Shown here piece after piece: positions 53,539 through 64,000 of a stretch of 64,000 bases of DNA (within the stretch, counting starts at the first letter, position 1; every line of letters starts with the position of its first letter). The notes below the pieces were generated by a model. The model did not search any database, was not told the origin of the DNA, and saw only the letters and a program-made list of their open reading frames with translations. Source of the stretch: the human T2T-CHM13v2.0 reference genome, Homo sapiens. Location: assembly GCF_009914755.1 (NCBI RefSeq), contig NC_060929.1. One strand, 5' to 3'. The position numbers were made by a program, and so were the translations under genes.

Positions 53539-53845
53539 AGGGTCAATGGCTCAACATCCATAATTCCAACATTTTGGGAGGGCAAAGCAGTAGGATCACT
53601 TGAAGCCAGGAGTTTCAGATCAGCCTGGGCAACAAAGCAAGACCCTGTGTCTACTACTTAAAAAACAAAACTCTTAGCCAAGTGTGGTGGTGGGCATCTG
53701 TGGTTCCAGCTACTCAGGATGATGTGGGAGGATTGCTTAAACCCAGGAGATTGAGGCTAAAGTGAGCTGTGATCATGCCAACTGACTGCAACCTGGGTGA
53801 CAGAGAGAAACCCTGTATCTTCAAAAGATTAAAAGAAAAGAAAAA
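53539..53845 (+). mobile_element. AluJ
   Basis: ggatcacttgaagccaggagtttcagatcagcctgggcaaca...gtgagctgtgatcatgcc. Confidence 0.85.
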
Positions 53846-53921
53846 GGGAGGGAGAGAAGGAAGGAAGGAAGGAAGGAACGGAGGGAGGGAGAGAGGGAGG
53901 GAGGGAGGGAGGGAAAGGAAA
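53831..53921. repeat. Polypurine (GGAA)n/(GGGA)n tract at the Alu tail
   Basis: Directly visible. Confidence 0.9.
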
Positions 53922-55067
53922 TATAGTAAAATATTCCCTGTTGGCTTTTTTATGGCATTCCTTGTCCACATTTAAATCTTTGAGTTGACTGATATTTTCA
54001 TGTCTTCTACAGGTTCTTGAGTGGCCTACAGATTAAGGAGAAGAAACAGCACATAAACAGAAACACAAAAACAATATTTTCAAAAGAGGTGGCCACTCGG
54101 TTCATAAGGAGACAAAAAGCTTCTCACTGGTTATTCACTTGATGTTCAGTCTTGAATGATGACCTCATCTCCTGGATATGGAAACTGAGTTATTTCGTAT
54201 TTTATACTTGCTGTTTTTGCCATTCATTCAGACAAATGTATGGAAATGATAGAAGCATCCAGTTCCCTATGGGGGAAAGGTCAGGTCAGTACCCTGGTGC
54301 TTCTGGTCAGCATCTCAGCAACTAGTTTTCCATCATTCTGAAAATTCATTTCTCCTCAGCTATTCATTTATCTCAATAGAATGTGTTGAATCAATCTCTT
54401 TCCTAATTATGTAAGTGGCTTCCTGTATCAAAGATAAAATTGTCTGGTTATCGGGATGAATTTGGGGACTCTATTCTGTTTCTATTTATTTTTTGGTTTA
54501 GTGCTGTATTGGTACCACGTTGCTTTAACCATGATGGCTGGATATTATGTTTTCTTTTCTGATAATGCTGGTTTTTCCTCCTTATTTTCTTTTTATCATA
54601 ACTCTTCATCATCTGCCTGCATATATATTTTTTCATATACTAGGGACTTTTATCATTGCATTACAGATAAGGAAACCAAATATTAAAGAACTAAAATGTT
54701 CAAGTCGCAAGGCTTGTAAATATCAAAACAAAGATTTGGACTTAGTTGTGTTGGACACCAAATCTACACTTAGAATCTTTGGATTTGAACCCTATAGGCT
54801 AGAAACATGATTCTTTTTACGTTTCTATTTATTTTGTATTCTTGTAAGTTGTATGTATTGATTTTTGCTTTTTTTTAGTATTTTTGAATAACCTAGTTGA
54901 AATGTTAAAACCTCAGTTTTCATAAATATATACAATTTTTTCCTGGGACAGGATCTGATACAACTGATTTAAAGTTGGAATAGCACAGTTCTGGGAATTG
55001 TCGGCACTGGAGACTTCGTGATAAACTAAAAGAATCTCAAAATAGAGGCAAAATCAAATATATAAAT

Positions 55068-55570
55068 TTTTAAAATTATAAGTTATTTCAAACTTACAGA
55101 AAGTTACAAGAATAGTTAGGATTGTCCTCTATACCTTTACCCAGATTTACCTAATTATAATATTTTTGTTCTCTGCTCTCTTTATATAATATACATGTTA
55201 TAGATTTTCCTGAACATTTGAGAGTAAGTTGAGTACATCATCGCCCTTCACCATTAAATATTTTAGAGGATGTTTTCTAAAATACAGACTTGTACCCATA
55301 GTACAATTATCAAGTTTTTTATATTGAATATTTGTACAGAATTTTATCAAATCTGCCAGTCACATTTCAATTCATCCTGGAGTATCCTTTACAGCATTGA
55401 ATTTCTTCTACTACATATTTTATTGGCTATGAATTATAGTCCATAGTCATAGATTCTAGTCTATGGTCACATAATATATTTAGCTACCATATGCCTCTAG
55501 ACTCCTTTAATTTGTAAAGGTTCCCCAGGCTTTCTTTGCCTTTTACGATATTGACATTTTTGAAGAATAA
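55068..55570 (-). mobile_element. L1MC4/5-like 3' fragment
   Basis: tttcaaacttacagaaagttacaagaatag...tttacccagatt...aacatttgagagtaagttg...tttctttgccttttacgatattgacattttttgaaga. Confidence 0.7.
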
Positions 55571-58321
55571 AGTTGAAGGACTACTTTTATAGGCCCTTAT
55601 ATCACCTTCATAGTGTGTGTTTGAAGCATACCTTTGTTCAAACTGTAAAGAGTATTTTTACATATAGAAGTGCTGAGGCCTTTAGAGCCAGCCAAGGCCA
55701 GAATCACAAATGACATTAAAGATACGGCAATACCAGACATGCCAGGATGTTCAGAGAGAATTTTCCACACAGAAGGACTCTCTGCATTGAAGGCAGAGTA
55801 AATAACGGAAGGGGGCATGACTTAAATTCCAGGTTTTTAGGGGTTACCTGACAAAGGAGAAGTTGTTGTTACAGAAGAAGCTAGGAAAAGAAAAAAGCTG
55901 CCAAGTCTGCTAAATCTCTGTAATATGAATGAGAAAGGTTTGATTTTCTGGGCGAAGACTGTTCCTTTAGAATCAGAAGAGAATTGAAGAAATCAAAGCA
56001 AGTAAATCATGTAGTGCTTGACTTCAGCAATTTCTAATCTCAGCGATGAAGCTGTCCATATTATAACTGTCATAGGCATACATCACACAGGGAGAAATAC
56101 TCATGGGAATATGCTTACACACCTACCTGCCTACATCTATATCAATATATACCATCAAGTAAATCTCCTCATTAATTATGTTTTAAAATATTAGATATTT
56201 TTAAAACCACCAATAGTGGTTTGAGTTAAACTAAAAATTTAGAGAATAGAAGAGAAAAATAGTGAAACCATTCACAGAGGAATAAACTTTGATGTGATTC
56301 AACACTACCATACATCCTGCTCTATGTAACTTCATGTGCTCCCATTAGAGACTGAATTTTGCTAAGGAGAGGTTCTCACCCACTCTCTACATCAAGATGG
56401 GTTTAGGTATGCAGCTTGGCATAGGGATGTGATGCCAATTCTATATGTGAAAATTGAATTGCTCAGTGTGAGAACAGGGGAAAAATTAAAATGTTAGGAG
56501 ACCTGAAAGTGAAGGACCAGCAGGTTGGGAAGTTTACCTTCAAGAAGAGACACGATAGACCTCAGAGGCATAGTAGCCTACAAGAGACAAAGATGACAAA
56601 TGATTAAGAGAGGTGATCAAATTATTTGCCATAGGGTGTGCTAACATTTTTCTCAATAATTTTACACTCTTGCAAGATATTAATAGAGGCTATATTGCTC
56701 ACTCATGCTTTTTGGTTTAAGCAGATTGTTCTAGGTAAACTTGAAAAGTTTCTTAGTTCTATGTCAGGGTTGATCAAAGGCAGGACCCGTTTATATTGTG
56801 GAGCTGGAGTTAAAAATAGGGAAGATCCTAAAAGTATAATGATCAGAGAATAAGCAAACATTTCTGGGAAAACTCCAGGCTTTCAAGGTTGTGAAATTGG
56901 TCATTTCAAAGCTGAGAACTCAAAGGAGTAAAGTTAGACCAAGTTAATATCTGGTTTTATTTGACAAAAATATAAAAAATGTACTGAAGTATACATGACA
57001 TTTCTAAATGGTTAGGGTTGGAAATTAGCAAGGCCAAGAGAAGGATGGAGAAATATGGTAGCCCAGGATAAGTGGCTGGATCTGCTTGGTTGAATGGTGT
57101 GGATGGGATTGGGGATGCACCTTCTTTTTCTCCCCTCTTCACCCTCTTTACACTAAAGGCCCTCATAGCTCTGTAGGCCATAGAGCACATGCTCAGGGCC
57201 CAGTGGCCTGAGATAGCAGTGTGCTGTATAAAATAGAGAAAACTTTCATTTCTTGAACAGCTGTAGTACCCATGGATGAGTTCAAACTCAACCTCCTAGG
57301 ACATTTCCTGTTTCTTTTTTCTTTTTGTGGAGTGTGAGACTCTTTTCTGTTTTATGTACTCCCTCCAGATGAATCAATTTTTAGAAAAAGCAGACAGAAA
57401 TAAGATTTTTAAAAAATTCTGGATTTGCCCACCAATGAAGGTTGGCTGTATTTTATTGTTCTTGTTTTTATTTTCATGTTTTTCTTCCAGTTCTACTAAA
57501 TCAACAGACATGTGAGATGGAACATCTCAGCATAAATAGGAAATATTTTCTACTAGGAGAACAGGCTGGACAAGACAGTGATTAAAGTGATTACCGAATC
57601 TTCTATCTAAAGCTCACGGGCAATTCTATCTTGGTGTTGTAAAAAATTCCAAGATGAGGTTGAAACACCGTGATACAGTGTCTGTGGAGTGGATTGTTAA
57701 GAGAGTGCAGCATACTTGTGGGGAAGCAGAATCATACAATTGTTCAGCACTCTGTTTTCTACATGAGGCACCTCTGGACCTGGCCTCTGTCTTTGTGATG
57801 ACGTGGAGATAAAGACTGAGTGTCTGAAAGCCTCCGATCAGATGCTAAATATTGAATTCTGACCTCAGGGAGCAAGAATCCTACCTGACAGAGCACACAC
57901 ACACCTATGTAGGTCATTGATTCTGCAGCTGTCCTCAGCAGAGGGCTTCTGACTGGAATCTCAATAGAGAACCATGTGCATAAAGCACTTCTTTATTTGA
58001 GTTTTACAAAGAAGGTGCAATATAAAGTGTGTTTACTACCTTTACAAATAAATAACAGAAAAGAAACACAGAGTCCATGAACCCAATGTAGAAAGTCATA
58101 TAATTCATAGGTAATAAAGCTCTGTAGCTTGCGTAGGGAGAGAAGAGTGACAGTTTGGTTCCACTTTTGTTGCCTTCTTGTTTCACACAGAAGCAAGATA
58201 GAAAGTCCTCAGCTGATCCCACATTCTCTAAGGATATTAATTTATCATAGTCTCAACCACCCCAAGAATTCAGCTGATTCACTTGCCTGTCTTCCTCCAC
58301 CACCAACCCTCTCTCTTTCAC

Positions 58322-58818
58322 TAATACTGTGTTTCTATGGCTGCTGTAACAAATTACCACAAACATAATGGCATAAAATGACACAGATTTGGTAACTTAC
58401 AGAAAGATGAAATGGTTCTCAATAGGCTACAATTTATGTATCAGCAGGGCAACCTCATTTTTGGAGGTCCTAAGGGACAGTTTGCTTTCTTGCCCTTCCC
58501 AGCTTCTAGAAGCTTCCTGCATTCTTGGTTTGTTGTCCCTTTCCATCTTCAAAGCCAGCAATGGACATTTGAGTCTTTCTAAAATCACATATTTCTAATC
58601 CTGACTCTTCTGCCTCCATCTTCCCCATTTAAGAGCCCTGTGACTATATTGGTCCCAACTAAATAATTGAGGTTGATCTCTATATTTTAAGGTCAGTTGA
58701 TTAGCAAACCTAATGCCATCTTATACCTTTAGTTCTTTTTCCGTGGAAGATAACATATTCACTGGTTCCAGGAATTAAGAAATGGACATCTTTGGGGTTC
58801 ATTACTATGCCTACCACA
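58322..58818 (-). mobile_element. MLT1D-type MaLR solo LTR
   Basis: ggctgctgtaacaaattaccacaaac...cccagcttctagaagc...catcttcaaagccagcaatgg...ggacatctttgggg...gcctaccaca. Confidence 0.85.
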
Positions 58819-60605
58819 ACTACTGTATACCATATGAAGTCTGACCCAAACTTATATGATTCTTGTTCTATTGAACAATGTCTTAAAGAGCTTATCTCCA
58901 GAATGTCTAGATTTGTTGGCCTCAGCTATTCTGATATTATCAACCACAGACTACTCACAACTGCCCATTTCAGCATTCTTGTGGCAGATATGTGCAAAAG
59001 ACTTGTCCTTTTCAACATTCCTGCACTGTGTTCTTTACAAGGCCATCTTTCCATATATCAAGACTTGACTCTGTGAAAATTCTGCAACCAGCAATATAGA
59101 AGATGGAAGCCTCTCACTGTGTAGACACAATATCCATGATAACCTAAAGATTTGAGTCCTGAAGAAGGTGAACTTCCAGATAGGGTTGGAGGAAAACAAA
59201 AGGTCTAATTTCTAAAACAATTGAGACCGAGCTATAAACTGAATACTCTTAATATCTTAGCATAACTTGAGGTGCAGAAATACACCTACCCCAACACTCC
59301 TGAACTACTGCGGGGTAATCAGAGTAGCTGCATAGTTCCTACTGTCTACCAAATCTGAAAAGCTCTAGAGAAAATTTGCAACAGAAATGGATTCTGTTCT
59401 TCTAAAAATTCCTCTTCAGACAAAGCAAGTCGCTGGTGGCCACTGTGTTGGTCTCTGGTAGCTGTTTTCCTCTCACGGCTACCTTTGTCTTATTCAGAGT
59501 AATATTCAGGCCCAACCCTGGGCCTAACATGTATCAAGAATCCCCACTGCTTCTCCAGCTGTGGCCTCCTCTTCATCTCAGTTACAGCCCAGACATTTGT
59601 CTCTGTTATAGCCACAGGCCCACTTCAAACCTATCTCCCAATTCTACTAACATCCTCTCCAACATGTTAGAGTCTGTGGAGTATTGCTTGCTAGAATCCA
59701 GAAAGAAGCACGTCTCTTACGATGATTACTATTGGAAAAGAAAAATGATGCTCATGGTGGAAGCAACTGGAAAGGTTCAGGAGTTTACCCTAAGAGGTCC
59801 AGAGATCTCAGGAAGCCTTAGTCTTCCAGCTCACAGCCTTCCCCAGGATGGCCTGGCCTCTCTGTTCTATGTGATGGGGTCTAGCATTCCTTAAAATTTT
59901 GCTGTCAGCAAGAATATATGGGAACAATCCTAGCATCACATTCAAAATAGGCCTGGCCTGCACAATTGCAGAAAATCTGGCATTCATGCAGCCTTATAGC
60001 AAATAACCAGAGATCTCTAAATCAAAAAGGAAACGTGGCCTCTCATGGCCCTCTGTGTTTAAGGCCAAAGCAGTAAGATTCGAAGGACTGGGTTGATGCA
60101 TCCAAGAAGCTTCTAGGGGAGAAGGCCCAGAAACACCTGCCTAAAGAATGACTTAAGGACCTGGCATATATCCTAAGAAGTCCAAAGTATAACCTCTCAA
60201 GGCTCTTGGAAATATACTTAATAAAGAGTCAGGGAGCTAATGCTGAGAAGGAGGTAAAAAGTGACTTAGTGACTCACTCAGTGAATGACTTATTTTCATG
60301 ATTTAAGGGAGAACCAGAAGAAATCATCCAGAAAACATCCAGAACATAACCTTGGTCAGAAAGACAGAGCATGTCAATGAGGGTATACATTCTTCATGGA
60401 TAGCAGCCCTCTCTATCTTCTCCCTTCATAAGAAGTCTCATATACATGTGGAATCAAAAATATGCTATTTTATTGGGTCAATAACATCATCTCAATACCT
60501 CTTGGAGCTTTCATTCCTTGATCTCAGGACTCAACAGGTGCTAGAAGCCTACTTGATATAATTTTGTGGTTGGCAGAGGTGAGGCCTAACTCTCAAGGTC
60601 CTTGA

Positions 60606-61068
<463 letters not shown>

Positions 61069-63004
61069 ACAAAAAAAGTTCTTATCTACTCTTGACAATG
61101 TTTTATTTGAACTTTCCCCTATAGATGAGGAAGACAAGAAAGACTTGAGATGGTCCCACTTTGATATCAAACATGAATTTCCAGGAACCAACCCCTCATG
61201 CCCCACATCAAAGACAAAACCAGGCACAATGAGACTGAACTAGAGAGCTGGAGGACAGGGGGTGCACACTGGGTCAGCGGGAACAAGCATCCTTTTGCTT
61301 TCATGTCCAAAAAAAAAAAGACAGTGCATTAATTGAGACCCTCCAAAAAGAAAAAGGCCTTGAGAGACAATCTATTCGGGAAGGATATATTATAGAAAGG
61401 GATCCAAGGTTGGGGAACTTTACACACCAGAGGAAAGACAAGCAACTTGGCCAGGGACAGGAAGTCAAACAGATATTCATTCTGTTGAGCAAAATGTCCT
61501 CAGTTCCTTTCCTAAAAGGATTGGGCTCCTCAGAAAAGTAAAGTCAGATAAAGAACACATCATTAACTAGGGTGAATTAGCCCCAGGAAAAAAATGAAAA
61601 AGTCAGTAAGCTCCCCTGAAACAAAATATATCAATGTCACTATCTGAGCAGAGTTCAGGCCTATTCCAACCAAACCGATCTGGGGATTCTGAAGATATTG
61701 AAAGTCAAGATCAATGTCAGTCATGGACCTGATCCCACAGCATGCACTGGGTCTAAGGCATGGACTTCATGCAGGGAAGACAGTCAACACAAAGAGGTAC
61801 TTTACAGATCACATAGCTAACTAAACATGCCTGTAATTACTGGGCTGCCTTCTTCCTTGTGCAAAGCAGAGAAATAAAGGCTAAACCTGCAGGATTCAAG
61901 CATGTTCTGAAGACCTGAATTTAATGAGGGGAATCATGTAGATCAGAAAAAAATTCTAGATATTATGAAATTACTTCCAAAAAGTAGCGCTGGAGACATG
62001 TGGTTTCAGCTATACTAATTTATGAGGGTTATCTGTACCTTGATTTGAACTTGAATCTCTACCACTCTCCAGTTTCATGGCTTTGGGAAAACTACTTAAT
62101 CTAAATGATCCTTCATTGCCTTTTCTATTATTTCTTATCTCACTGTTCTGTTTTGAAACACATATGCATTTATATTTATATATCGCATTAAGCCCAGTTC
62201 CTGTTCAAAAAATGCTAGTTCCCATTTGTTTTCTTCTTTGCCCTCAATTGAAGAAGATGCTAGTTCATTTATTTCAATAACAGGTGCATTGAGTTATTGA
62301 CAAACACGATATATTTTCAGATTAAAAGCTGAATGAAAATGAGAAATGGTGTTTCCTCTAGAACCGTTGACTTAAAAAACAGGAAATAGAAAAAAATTAA
62401 TTGTTCTATTTTCACCATAGTTTCTATTAATGTGGAAAAATACAGAAAAATGAATGGTTATCTTGAATTAGTATTATAACAGTTGTGTCAAAAAGGTATA
62501 TTTTTAAAACTTTGGCTTTTTTTTTTTTTTCTCATTCTGCCAAGCTAAGTCCATATACTAAGCACACCGCAACAGCCTAATTTAAACCTGTGGTCAAGGG
62601 AAATCAATTTAGCTAAAAATACACTTTGGAGTTTTAAAGAATTAAAGTACTTCTAGACTATTCAAATATTACTGTTTCCTTGAATACATTGTCACATTTA
62701 TGTAAAATCTGAAATATAGACTCTTTTCCTCTTGGCACTAGAATCCCCTTCTCGTATCTCTTTCATAGAGCAATCTGCTTTTAGGGGACAAAGAATTTGC
62801 TAAAATGCTTGTAGTGAGAGGAAAGGCCCTGAAGGGTTTTGCTCAACTAATAATGGATTGTCACTGAACTGTCTGTTTAAGGGGGTGACTGTTTAACTAC
62901 AGGGCTTCAGCTTTGCTGAACAGGGTGTGCCATGAGGGGGCAGAGCAGACTTGTTTGAAGCAATCAAAATGTGTATTTGCTCTACAGGAAAAGAGTTGGC
63001 AAAG

Positions 63005-64000
63005 AAAATTGTACACCATGAGCAAATGGGATTTATTTCAGATATGCAAAGCTAATTCAGTATTTGAAAATCTAATGTAACCATCACATCAACAAGCTAA
63101 AGAAGATAAACCATATGATCATATTGTTAGATACAGAAAGAGCATTTTACAAAATCCAACACCTAGTCATAATAAAAACTTTCAGCAGACTAGAAATATA
63201 GAAGACTTTCTAAACTTAAAGAACATGCACAAAAACCCTACGGCAAATATCATATTTAATGGTGAGAAATTATATCAGTAAAAAGATATGCCCAGTTTAA
63301 TCACTCAGACACAACATCTTATTAGAAGGACTAGCTAATGCAATATAACAAAGAAAAGGAAATAAACATATATATGTTAAAAAGAAAGGAGTAAAATTGT
63401 CTTTTTTCACAGATAACATGATTGTTAATGTATTTAGAAAATCAGAAAAAGTCAACCAAAAATCTCCTGAAATTAAGCAAATATAGTAAGATTCAGATAC
63501 CAGTTTAATATAAAAAAGTTAACCAATTTCCTACATACCAGCAATTAGCAGTTGGAATTTAAAATTTGAAAATTTTAAAAATACTTTTGCCATACAAAAA
63601 ATTTTTATATGCATATTGCTAAGTAAAAGGAGTTAGTGTGAAATGGCTCTACACTGTGATTTCTCTTCAATAACATTTTGGAAAAGGCAAAATTATTGAA
63701 GTGGTTTCTGGAAAATTGGGGGATGGAAGAAGAGAGGGATGAATAGGTAAACACGGGGGAGTTTTTAAGGTATTGAAACTATTTTATATGATATTGTAAT
63801 TATTAATACATGACACTATATAATTGCCCAAAATCAGAAATGTACAGTGCAAAGAGAGAGTCTTAAAGTATGTAAATTCAAATATCTACCATTTAGGAGA
63901 TTGGGGTATTCCAGCATGAGACATAGTATGTGACAAAAAAGGCTAACTCTATTACAAATATCTAAAACAACCTCATTGAAAGAATGATAAAAAGGTGCTG
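63005..64000 (+). mobile_element. L1MC3-like element: ORF2 RT segment joined to 3'UTR; runs off the window end
   Basis: accatgagcaaatgggatttatt...ccatatgatcatatt...aaaatccaacacc (RT region), then from ~63600 gcatattgctaagt...ggaaaaggcaaaatt...ctaactctattacaaat (L1MC 3'UTR). Confidence 0.75.

Noticed and set aside
61100-61243. Apparent acceptor plus charged coding exon (ccctatag|atgaggaagac...)
   Set aside because: Resembles the MIR core (acagatgaggaaactgagg); the ORF begins inside an Alu and matches no known protein.

Overview
Primate (human-like) AT-rich, repeat-dominated intergenic or intronic DNA. I recognise no protein-coding gene, rRNA, tRNA or CRISPR array. The longer ORFs in the track are almost all decayed LINE-1 ORF1/ORF2 pieces, Alu translations or low-complexity translations. 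Main elements: (1) a full-length, TSD-flanked L1PA12/13-type element (+, 4325-11744) carrying a nested MER51A-like LTR, a nested AluSc, a tandem-repeat 5'UTR, an ORF1/ORF2 deletion and a 129-bp ORF2 duplication; (2) a full-length L1PB1-type element (-, ~25322-31876) and a truncated L1PB1 (-); (3) two short younger L1PA 3' ends with TSDs; (4) about 13 Alu/FLAM copies, MaLR/ERVL solo LTRs, L2/MIR fragments and DNA-transposon fossils (Tigger2b, MER6, MER20, MER5A). I found no convincing novel biological system. The most unusual structure the repeat annotation does not explain is a cluster of AT-rich palindromes and fold-back inverted duplications between 15.8 and 22.2 kb. Subfamily names come from recalled consensus features rather than a database search, and the boundaries of old repeats are approximate.
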